A stretch of DNA of 63,056 nt, the filler included, from Sphacelaria rigidula (Eukaryota): NCBI GenBank assembly GCA_964200075.2. It is 6 parts of 6 records of this genome, joined end to end, with 100 filler letters (N's around TTAATTAATTAA, not from the genome) between each part and the next. Parts side by side here need not be neighbours in the genome. Positions count along the whole stretch, not along the records: positions 42,109 to 52,532 come from CAXNAA020006513.1; positions 52,633 to 63,056 come from CAXNAA020006514.1; 4 more parts are not named here. One strand, given 5' to 3'. A model generated the notes under the pieces. The model ran no database searches and was not told the origin of the DNA. It saw nothing but the letters and a program-made list of their open reading frames with translations. Position 1 is the stretch's first letter. Each line of letters starts with the position of its first letter. The position numbers and the translations under genes are program-made. Positions 44,095-55,118 of this stretch are shown here, in pieces.

Positions 44095-47000
44095 CGGCTA
44101 CATCTTCCCGCGTCGGCGCGGTTACGATGACTGCCCAGCGGAGACGGAGCAACTCATCACGATCCAGTTTGAGGTGAAGTCGTTTTTGGCCGGCAGGCCT
44201 ATATTGTCATTCGCTGAGATGCAGAAATTAGACATGTATGTTTCAGTGCATCCTTGTCGCTGCGCCCCGGCGTTCTAACGATACAACTGACACCATTAGG
44301 ACGGGGAACACGCGCGCGCGGGAGTGTGTGTGTGATTACCGCCATTTGCATCTAGCTTGGTCTTCTTCCGTAGGAGTATTTTATTTATGTTGTTGAACGC
44401 GTGAGGACGCGGGCAGTAATTAGTAATTGAAGAGTCTCTGCTTGGCTGAGTTTGGTAGGCGGCAGTCCACGCAGTGCGGGAGTGTTTGATCATGATCCAG
44501 TTCGCGATACCAACATGTAAGGTGATCGGGAGAGAGTTAGGTAATTGTCATGAGACCATGGATTCGTCCCGAGGAAAGGAAGGAGTTGGAAGTGAGAGAA
44601 GCGAATAAAAATCCTGTGGTGCACATAGCGGCCCACGTCGGACGACAGAAGGGGGGCGGGGGACGACACAGAGTTCGAGACAGATTCCACCCCTTCATCT
44701 AATCGGCAGCATGAAGTTACGTTGAGTTGTTGTGGCAGTGAGCGGTCGGGACATCTTGACCGTTGTTCGTGTTGTGTGGGCACGTCGTGGCTGCGGCGTT
44801 GTGTTTTTGTCCTAGCTGCTGTAAGTATGTTCGTCCGTGCAGTCGAGCGAGAAACGGCCTGTTTTATATGCCGTGTAATGGTGCTCATGTTGTGAACGGC
44901 TGCACTCGTCTTCTTCCAACTATATTATTTGGTGCCTTGCTGTACATGTGCCCATAATGCAGTAGTAGCAACCCAGAGTAACGTTAGGTGACGATGGGTG
45001 CGGAGGAGATTGAAATGTAACTTGAATTACAATTCCTGCTTGCCGGATGCTGATAATTCACCATTATTCGCAGTGGAATGGTGAGCTGAAGAATGTCAGC
45101 TCTTCCTTCGTCGGTGTCTCCCCCGAGTTCGAGCTGTCTCTCTACACGCTACTGTTCCTTCTGGATGAGGTGAGCTCTTCGGCAAGTATGCCAGTACATG
45201 GGGCTCAACAGGCATACTGTGGACACTCCTGCACATTTTTGTGTAGTTGTGTTGTATTAACATCGCTGCATATTATTTCCAGGCTGTTTCGGCGAAATCC
45301 TTTGGATGGATCGCAGCGGCGGCTTCATGTCTCGGTATAATCCGTTTGTTTTCATCAGTCCGACGCGTTACCAGAGCACTACAATGTCATCTTTCAGCAG
45401 TCTTCGCCACCTCGCGTCGACCTACGGGTCTTTGTGCAGGAAAACGGTGAAAGTGACACGCACGGGCTCGTGTTGCCCAGTCATTTACCTCTACCCAGCT
45501 CCACCCGCTAGCGCCCACTGAAGTGATCTGCCATGCGTATCTCGCCGCTTTTTGTTTTTAATGGTGACTGCTGGACCGACCTGGGGCGATTGGTGGATCC
45601 GTGCGGAGCAGGAGAAGACGACGTGCAACATCGGGCCGTACAGGTGCGTTATCGCTATTTTGTTCTTCATATTGACTGGTTTATCGAATTTGAACGGGGG
45701 CATGTATTGGATTGAACCTTTTTAGTCACAATCCATCATCACTGCGCCATATGTCGAACTAGTTTTTGCCGTCTGCGGTCGTTTTGCCTGGAAACGCGCT
45801 GCAGACATCGACCACTCCTGCTTCTTTTTTTTCAACATTTTTATTTTCCACCGGGGTAGGTAGGTTACTGGCTCTGTGTTGTTCTCTCCCTTCCTTTGTT
45901 TTTTATCTTCTTTTTGCTCATTCCACTCCGTTCGTTGTATGATATATTTCTTTCTTAGATTTCTTCTTTTCTCAATAGTCGCCTTGAGCAAGTGTTTCTG
46001 TCTTGTTCACCTTCGGCCACGTCTATCTTGCGGATGATGACCATGGGTGAATCCCACGAGGATGAGTTGATGTGCGATAATGAATCGATCAATGGCGCTG
46101 CCATCGAAAAAAAAGTAGCGTATCAGATGTATCTTGTGCCGTGACCTACAAAGGTGGGCGGTCCAACTATTCATGTTGTGGCTTTTTCGTAATTGGCGAT
46201 TTTCTTGCGCTCTTTTTGCTTGCCACCGCTTATCACGTTGGAGATCTGGAGATAATTGTATCCGCTCCATACTCCAAAAAGGAAAAATCACCTGTACCCG
46301 ATATTGAATGACTTACGGGCTGGCCGTTCATCGGAGGTCCTCCCACGTTTCAGCCCAGATTCTTACTCTTCGGCATTTTTCGGTCGATCGAGCCTGTCCC
46401 GATCATATTTTTTGTGAACATATTTTCAGTTTTATTTCTTTGAAATTCTACCTACTCATTGCACTAGAGCCGAAAAACTGTGTTTCATGGTCAATAACAC
46501 CCGCCCGATAAACGGGGTCTTTACTCGAATCGCCCGATAATACCGACTAACACTGACTTGGGCACTGTGTGTCGAGGATGATTTTTTTTGTACCAAAATC
46601 TACCAACGCTAGCAATTTCGAGTTCTATCGAAGAGTAGGACACGAGGAAAACCCCCAAAACATCCCTGAATTGTTCAAGGGTCGGACAAATAATGATTCG
46701 CCTGGAAATTACTTGATTTTAGTATGATGAGTCGAGTCGTGACGAATCAATCCCTAGGATTTATTTCAGCGTTGGAACCCAGGTACACGCAGCCCAGACA
46801 TCTGGAATGGCGCAAAAGTTTCGTGGATACCCCTTGGACCAATGATCAACTTTTTTNNNNNNNNNNCAGGCCGAAGAAATCGTGAATGTGGTGATTTTGA
46901 GTCGTAGTGATTTGTCCTAACCGTGGAATAGTTAGACTGCCCACTGCTGTATTGTCTCCACTGTATCATCAGCAGTGATATTGTTCAGGGACAGCGCAGA

Positions 47001-47361
47001 ATTTGGCCTGACACGCGGCAACAACAACCTAAGGAGTAGCTCAGTCAAGTGGCATTGATATTTATCTTCTTGCAGAATCGCACAATGTTTGTCCCCTGCT
47101 CTACACGTGCTGAAGACGTATTTCTCGTACGGTGTATATACAGTTCCGTACTCTCACGTCCCACCTAAATTGCGACCCTCTGTGCGTTGCCCTGACTTGG
47201 CCCCACTTTCTCCTCATGCGTCAACCTCCTCCCTCGCCAAAATGCCGCTGATTGAAAACGCACAACACCTCTCCATGAGCAGCGTGGAGGTGACAACGTA
47301 CATCTTCCGTGGCGACGGAGATAAGTTCATCGGCTCCGCGTTCCCGGGAGACGCATCGTGA
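44095..47361 (+). CDS. ENDOU: EndoU/XendoU-family poly(U)-specific endoribonuclease, last four exons (5' exons off contig)
   Basis: Exons 44095-44173 (GYIFPRRRGYDDCPAETEQLITIQFE), 45074-45169 (WNGELKNVSSSFVGVSPEFELSLYTLLFLLDE), 45612-45643 (EKTTCNIGPY) and 47283-47361 (VEVTTYIFRGDGDKFIGSAFPGDAS*). All introns GT-AG and in phase. Family motifs KxVSSxxVGVSPEFExxLYT and IGSAFP are present. Confidence 0.88.
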
Positions 47362-48848
47362 CTCAACGCCTACATTGTACCACACCCATAATATGATGTG
47401 GTGGGAATCAAGATTGGTCGTCACGTCGGAACGGTGTCGGTGTCAGCCAAGCTAGCCGTGCGGGGCTAGTCAGTCGTTCCAGGCACTTGTTGATGCTCCT
47501 CGTCGAGTGTAGAAATTTGTCAGGGTTTTGGCTGCTGTACCCCCGGTTTGGAGTGCTGTAGGTGACGGTCATCCGAGTCTGAGGATTCGTCGTCTTGGAA
47601 AATGAAAACTCGGCCGATGCAAGATGGATTTGTCGTTGTTCCTACCCCGTGGGTTGTGAAGCACTAGGCGCACGCGCCAGGAAGATTCGAGGACGTAGAG
47701 CATTTGTTGAGACGTAATTAGACGTCGTGGTGCGATTTGAAAGTAGGCGGTTATCCAGGCGGTATCAACACATTGCATTGGAGGTATGGTATTCTCTGTT
47801 GTCGGGCTGTGGCCCCAGTGGGCTGGGGGCGTACGTTCGCGCAATAGAAATGCAAGTATCTACCACCACAACAACCCGAAATGTGAGTAGAGGCGGGCCC
47901 AAGTGTGTATACTGTAGTTGCAGTAATGCCAAATGACACTGTTCACTAGCGTCTGTATGGAGTCGCTGTTGCGTGCTGTACAAGTACATCGCTGGAGGGA
48001 GATCTACGCGTCGGGATTGAACCATGTATTCCGTGTTTTTGCTCATGTTGGACCAACTAGTTAAAAGGTAGAGCTGAGGACTTACACGCTACGATTGGCG
48101 TGCGCTGTGGCCTTGTGTTTCTTCGCTGCGGAAATGAATATAGTGTCTGACGAACGGGTACAAGCTGAGCAGGCGAATGTCGAGGAAAGAGTATAATCTG
48201 ATTCGGGTCCTAAGGGGGACATCTGCATGTGATGTACCACCTGTACTGCATGCCAGAATTTCACACTTGGGATCGCTTGGAAGCATACCGAACTCGCCAC
48301 GGCACCACACGGCCGGAACATGTGTCGTCTGTGGTGGGTTTTCGTATCAGTAAGAAATACTGAACGGGCTAATAGTTGTGAGTACCCGGTTTCAATTTCT
48401 CCTCCGAAAAAAATGTCTAGCGAGATACTAAAAATAACTGCGACAAACGAGTCGAAAGTGCGAAAGGAGCTGGTACATGACACTGCGTCAGCCTCAGGAG
48501 GTGTCGATGCCGTTTCAACTTCCCCCCGTATCAAAGAAGATACTCGTGGGAACAGATCTTTTTCAGTAAGTATACATGAGGCGCATCCTGGTAAAAACAT
48601 ACTTGATCTTCGTGTCGGGTCATCTGATTCAGGTCTTCGGAGGGATGACAGCTGTCTCTGGTACTGCCATGCATGGTCAGCGTGCGCAGCGCACGTTTTT
48701 GCTCAAATCGGCGCTTTCATTTGAGTATCGCCACCGCATACCTTGCCTGGGACACCATAGGCAGCCCCTTGCCCGAGGGCTCTTGGTGTGCTCCGAGTTG
48801 GGTCGGCGTCAACCATGATGACATGAAAACCTCGCGCACACCCGCATC

Positions 48849-49691
48849 TACGAGCTGGGCCAGCGTAAAAACAGATTTAAGCTCTAAAAGCAATATCTCA
48901 TCGAATCAGACGAGTTGGGCCGTGATCCGCATGTATTAATCGTCTAATCAAGGGGAAGGTGCCCATCTGCTCAAAAGTTTGGGCTCATGTTTTTCTCGTC
49001 GATTAAACCCCATGTCTAGTAATTCCTAAACCTGAGGGAGATAGCGCCACTACTAGAATCTCTATGAAACTCCCGATCGATGCATTCAGCGGATGGCGAC
49101 GAATTTTGGTGTGGAGAATCACAAAAGACTGCCGAATGAAAGAAAACAATGGGCCTTATTATTTTTTTCATAGAGGTTAGGGCGTTCTCGTGAAGAAATG
49201 GTCTTCACCATAGTAGAACGCCCAAAACCAGTGAAAAAAATTGAAGAAACGCAACCTGACCTACTTTTTTGTGTTAATTATGCCTTAGAGAGCCCACACA
49301 AAATTTCAATACACGAAAACCGAACGTGGGCCGGTGAGTGGCCTGTGAAATGCTGTTCCGAATTTCTACCGGCCCGGTTTTAGATAGGCTTATTATGCTC
49401 TTTTATACATTCAGAGTTGGACCCTAAAACTTGGTACGGACACAATTAATAGTGCATGAAGAAAAAATTACCTCGGTACCAAATATACATATTTTATGAG
49501 TTAAGGGCACTAATCAGTTTTCAGGTATGAGTAAAATGCCTTCAACTCATGAAGAAAAAAAATGGTACCGAGGTATTTTTTTTTCATGCCCTACGCAATA
49601 CCCATACCAAATTTCAGGGTCCAACTCTGAATGTATTAAAGAGCATGGGCCTGCAAACTTCAAATTCGCCTCTAGGCTGGCCCAGCTCGTA
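48849..49691. mobile_element. Non-autonomous TIR element flanked by TA (Tc1/mariner-like), internally deleted copy
   Basis: TA|CGAGCTGGGCCAGCGTA ... TAGGCTGGCCCAGCTCG|TA. Shares 'gatttaagctct...ttgggccgtgatccgc...tcaaggggaaggtgcccatctgctc' with 38200-38320. Confidence 0.75.
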
Positions 49692-51043
49692 TTTGTTTTG
49701 TGGCGTTTCAACCGCACAGTTCAGTTTAAAGAGGAGACCAGGCGGTTCAAGAAAAGGTAAGGGAGGCTCGTTTTTTCTCTCCTCCCCACTGATACTATAT
49801 GCAGGACAGTGTTCGGTGTTGGTGGGTTGGGCCGGGTATCATCTCCGAACTGAGAGTAGTTACGCAAAATAATATATCTTTGCCGTGATTCTTGCCCTCC
49901 TTCCGCCATGAAATGCATAATATGTCTGAAACACTGTAGAAGCACCACGGGTTGGGTCAGGGGTGCACGAAACATTGTTTCTACTCCTACGTACCCACTT
50001 TCCCATTTTGGACCTCTCAGGGGGGAGGGGCGGGAGGTACCATACCGCCATTCGCCCGTACAAACCCATACAAACTCCCATGTAAAAATATTCCCTTCGA
50101 TTTCATGTTAATAAGGGGGTGGTGTTGAATAGGGGGGGGACCCTCCCAATGATGAGGGGTAGCATACGATCCACGTAACCCTCTATTACGTGGGTGGAGA
50201 AAAAACAAAGTACGAAGGAAACCCTCACCCTAACCCACAAGAAAGAACGTGTTGTGCGTGATGTGTTTCGTCCGAACACTCCCTACACACTACCCCTTGT
50301 GTTGTTGTCGTAGGCTCATCTTCTTGATTCCGTTCCGTTATTATTGCCAGTTTACACAAGCTCAGATGTGAGCTGTCGTTGTTTCCCCCCATCATTTTTA
50401 CCCACAGTTTTCGGAGGGCATGGTTTTGTTCGGGGATCTTCTCTTAACCACGAGCATTGGATACAGCGAAGCCAACCAACAACAGCAATACTATTGAGGT
50501 GTGTGAAACAACAAGCAGATTTGGTTCATCACGTCGTGTCACGTGCAGTGGACACACGAATAATTGATGAGGAGAAGCCTACGAGGAAAATATGAATGCA
50601 AAAACGAGATGGAAAAGAAAAATCTCAACCTCCCCCCCCCCCCCCCCCCCCGGGGGGGGGGAGGGTGGGCGCAATTTTTCTTTTCCTCCCCCCCTCCTGT
50701 CNNNNNNNNNNGAACACAACAAAAATTAAGGAGAGGAACCCAAAAAGAAAAAAAAAAATCAAAAAAAGGGAGAAAAAAAAAAAAACCCCCCCCCCCCCCC
50801 CCCCCCCCCCCGGGTGGTAGGTAGGTCTGCTGAATACTTTTCTCATCTATCCCTGATCGAGTACTCCTTGTTGATGGAAAGTAAGAGCACTGAGCAGGAC
50901 AGCCACGGGTACTGCATACACCAGGCTATTGTGGGACATTAAAACACAAATTTATATTGCAAAACATTGTATAGCCTGTACTGAACAGCGTCGTATGTTT
51001 GCCTCAGCCTGAGCCCTGCCAGTCTAACACAGGGCTTGGGGAA

Positions 51044-51409
51044 ATGAGGTACAGGCGATTTCAAATCATAGGGAGTAGAATGTCCAGCAGGTTTTTGTTC
51101 TTGCAGTCGTGGATCGCGATTACTCAGGTGGCATGCACGCGCGTCCACACTCTTGCTTTTAATTTTCCATGTTCATCCAAGAACAACGACCAAGTTGTAG
51201 TTCAACCGGCCAAAACTAGTCTAGGACTATTGGGTAGTGATGCTGTGGCGGGCGCATCGTGGAGCTTCGGCGGGACCAGGAGTAGGGTACGGTCGGCGCT
51301 GGGTGCGACCACGCTGGAACCGAAGCAAGACGATGCGGCGGATGTGGCGCAGCTAGAGTCGAAAGAGCAGTTGAAGGAGGCCAAAAGACTTGAACGCAAG
51401 AATACACAG
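51044..51409 (+). CDS. Possible first exon of a plastid-targeted protein of unknown function
   Basis: ATG at 51044 or 51080, hydrophobic stretch, LAF motif, S/R/A-rich segment ending SRVRSALGATTLE, charged helical segment, then donor CAG|GTCGGT. Later exons not identified. Confidence 0.4.
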
Positions 51410-51874
51410 GTCGGTCGCAACACATGTTGAACGACTTGGTACGAAATTTTCATCACCGTCAGTCACGGTTGTACCAAGAGTAGTAACAAGGGATTGCCCT
51501 GCAGGGAGATTGCTGGGGCATGTGTTCGAGGCAGGCAGCTTATTTTGTGTGCTCTGTACATATCCGGGTTTTTCTCGTTTTCATTGGCATTGTTGGTATC
51601 AAAGGGGTAGATATGCTTCGATATGTTCATCAATAGATTGTAGAGACACTTTCATTACACCCGCAAAACGTAGTGTGCTGCTGACTGCTGACGTACTATA
51701 CAAATGTACCGTCGTGTTACACCCTCACACTTATCCGTGTGCTGTCATGTACGGTAGCGCGGAGTCTGCAGACTATGGCAGGCAGCTATAGGCACGGGAA
51801 TATCGCTTTTGGTCTATTACAGGGCCCATGCGTTAGGTACGATGGCCAGGGGTTGTGCTAGCCGGCTGCCCGTT

Positions 51875-52290
51875 TTCAGGAAGTGAACAGTTTACTCATT
51901 GAACCAGTGAGTGCTCACTGGTTCGATTGGTAAACTGTTCGCTTCCTGAACAAGAGATATGCTGCGTGCTTTGTCCCGCATGACACATCAGTGATCTCCG
52001 GGGCTCCTTGCCCCTCGCAATCCTCACTGTAACTGTTCACATGTCAAACTCGTTGCTTCCACAATCGATCATGCCGAGACTCGAACCGCATATAATTCAC
52101 TTGTGGTTCAACGGTCGAATGTCCGATTGTGCAACAAGATGCCGGGGGTTAGAGTCTTCAGACGATCGATTGTTGGTGGAATTTCAAATGTGAACAGTGA
52201 GGTTTGCGAGGGGCAAGGGGCCCCGGAGATCACTGATGTGTCATGCCGGGACGGACCACTCAGCATATCTCTTGTTCAGGAAGCGAACAG
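51875..52290. mobile_element. Chained palindromes: 76-bp hairpin sharing an arm with a foldback element of about 355 bp
   Basis: ttcaggaagtgaacagtttac...gaaccagtgag|tg|ctcactggttc...gtaaactgttcgcttcctgaa, then 51935-52040 pairs with 52187-52290. Confidence 0.85.
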
Positions 52291-52532
52291 CTCGGTGTAG
52301 CTGTCTTCGGTGTTGTGCTCCTCGAGAATAGTCACTGTCGACAGCGACCCCCGCGCAGGTGGACGGAGTTGGACTGTTCCACATTTGGCGTTCAGAGCAA
52401 CTTCTTTTCTCGCTACACAAAACGCCTTTTTCATGAACATGTGGATGGATGGCATTATTATTATTATTATTATTATTATTTCCGCACATTAATACGAACT
52501 CGCGAACCCGTGGTCACAGACATAGGATCTCC

Positions 52533-52632
52533 NNNNNNNNNNNNNNNNNNNNNNNNNNNNNNNNNNNNNNNNNNNNTTAATTAATTAANNNNNNNNNNNN
52601 NNNNNNNNNNNNNNNNNNNNNNNNNNNNNNNN
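52533..52632. other. Artificial contig linker
   Basis: N44-TTAATTAATTAA-N44. Confidence 0.98.
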
Positions 52633-55118
52633 TGCTCCGTCCCGGCATTGTAGGGATGCGAGGTCAATGGACTTTATGACTATGGCATGCATGATCATGA
52701 GTACACCACTCCTTGCGTTCTCCACGGTCGGAAAAAGCAAGTCCGGATCATCACTCGATACATTCAAACGGCAAAGACTGCTCAGCAATGCTAACAGTGC
52801 CGGCGGTGTATCATCCGTAAGATTGATTCATGGGTCGAATATTCCTCGATATGTCAGCTGCGTATTTCTGGTCTCTACCCCCCGATACGTTCCTCAGTTC
52901 TTGTGCCCTTTCGATGTCCATCCTGACGATGGACCCAGCCGCCATGACCATGGCCCATCTCTCCTCCACCGAACCGGCAGCTGTCACCGGCTGGAGTGCG
53001 GGTTCAACCGGCTGACCAATCTCGATCTGGGCGGTGAGGCGGGAGACGGAACGCTCCAGTTCTCGTACCCTGGCACGCATGTTGCGAAGTTCAACGTCAG
53101 CCGCCATAGCTACCTCGAACACCACCACGGGAGGAACGAATTAGATTAACTTGCGCCGTCCATCGCACGCAGTCCGCTCGACCCCGCTTATCCTCTCAAG
53201 CTTGGCGTCGACTGTGCCGGCCACCGCCACCACGTCGAAAATTTCCACCGCTTGCTCCCTGGTGCGCTTGTCTAGAACGGCCCAGGCGTTTGCTGAGGTT
53301 CTGGCTTCGGTCAGCCAGGATTGAACATCCTCCAGGCCCACGACGCGCCCCGCCTCAACGGCCGCCATTACTTTATGGTGTGCTTCTGCAGCAAGGTCCC
53401 GCTCGGCAGGGGTAAGGGGGAATTAAACCAACAATCTCGGGTGTGCAGCAAAGCGAAGGGAGAGACCTTGCCTTCCGTCCATCACTCGTAACCTTGTGTC
53501 GGTCAATGGAGCGCCGCAAACCATCATGTCGGCTGCATAAGCAACCTGAAATCGGTTGATACTTTTGCAGAAGCGTAGCTGGGCGAACACCGGCACCATC
53601 CGCACACGACGCCAGAAGTAGCCAAGCCTCTGGAAATCGCGCCGCGCCAAGATGACGCCAGACATTGCCTTCGCCGGGTCCGGGTCGATGGCAGGCGAAG
53701 CACAGTCGCGATACCGGGTCGTGTGTCCGTTCGAAAGAGGAGCACGTGTTGCATGCGTTGTCGACGACGGCGAACTGCATGTCGCACACATCGCGACTGC
53801 AAACCCGCTTACGTCCTCTAGGCTCCCTTATACCAGTGACCAGGTTAGACCCTGCCGGCGCAGAATGCTCTCTCCTGTAGCCATCACGATTCCCGGGGGG
53901 ACCTTGAAAACTACTGCGTCGCGTCGACATCCTCCCTCTTTCACTGCGCGCACGATGTTCACCTCGATCAGTGTCGGGGGGTGGTGCCTGGCGGTCGGGA
54001 TGCCTCATTACTTCGCCGACAGCCCCGTGCGTTGGCGCCGGCGCTACCTGCTCTTGTTCCGAACCTGCCAAAGATGAGCTGCTGGCACCTTTAACCCGGC
54101 CCGGGTCGACCCCAGGGGTGGCAGTTTCTGTAGTTTTTTTCTTTTTCCGCTTCGATTTTGACGCCGACGCGCCTGCAGGGGTTGGTTGCGAGGTGCATAG
54201 TGAGCCCAGTCGCTTGTTATGGTGTCCCGACGGCGCAAAACATCCTCCCGGTGACCCTCGAGGATGACCTCGTCGTGCGTTGTATGGGGAAGGGGTCGGT
54301 GCTTCCTCGGGAGGGTGTCTTACCAGCAGCTGATCTTCCTTTACCCCGTTACTGTGCTGTAGCGCAGCCCTATGTTGTTCATGCCACGCTCCCCATGCGC
54401 TGTCAACCTCCGAGTGATTCGTCACGGTACTCTTCCGTCTCAATGTACGTACGTGAGCGTGCGGGGATGTGCCCCTGCTGGCGTTGGGCGGGGTACGTCT
54501 TTTCTTCGCCTTGGCTGACGTAGTTGAATTCTGCACTTCCACGAGTCTAGTGTCGGCAGCTATCCCGCTTTTGCGGGGGGTGTTGCCCACTTCGTTGAGA
54601 GGTACTGTCGGCGGATTTCATGGCGATACCTCCCATGCCTTTTTCGACGCCGAACCAATCGAGATTTCACGAGTTGCGCCTCCCCCGCCCGATCGACATT
54701 TAAACTTGTAATCTGCGCTCGGACGGTCGTTGCATCCCTCCAACCCTTGGTTTTCTACAGATGCGCCATCAGCGGACGCGATGGACGCTTCCTAGGGACT
54801 GAACAGTACAGTCGCCTTATATTTTCCGTGCGAAAAGGGGCTCAGCGAATTTGGCGCTGCGCCCCCTTCGCCGGCGTGACCCCCGACGATATCCCTCAAA
54901 TTTTCCACCGGAGCTGTACGTTCGGAGTGCGTCACTGGAAAACTGCTTTCAACCGCGAATGTGGCATGCATCGCGGGATGGCGGCGGGAGTGGTGCAGGC
55001 GCTTCATTACCTGCTCGGAGGAGATGGGACAACGATAGATAGGCGCAACGTGTCGGTCGTGCGGCCTTTTTGATTTTTCAATTGATTTAGTCGGGGGTTC
55101 GTGTAAAAGAATCCCCAA
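52633..55118 (-). pseudogene. Decayed large ORF (low-complexity N-terminus, Cys/His zinc-finger cluster, coiled coil), probably transposon-borne
   Basis: ORFs 54792-55118 and 53373-54590 are in one frame, separated by two stops. 53141-53368 and 52811-53128 share a second frame. Motifs CSRDVC, CNTC, CFAC...FPEAW...LCSRH; heptads LRNMRARVRELERSVSRL. A related fragment lies at 43150-43362. Confidence 0.5.
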
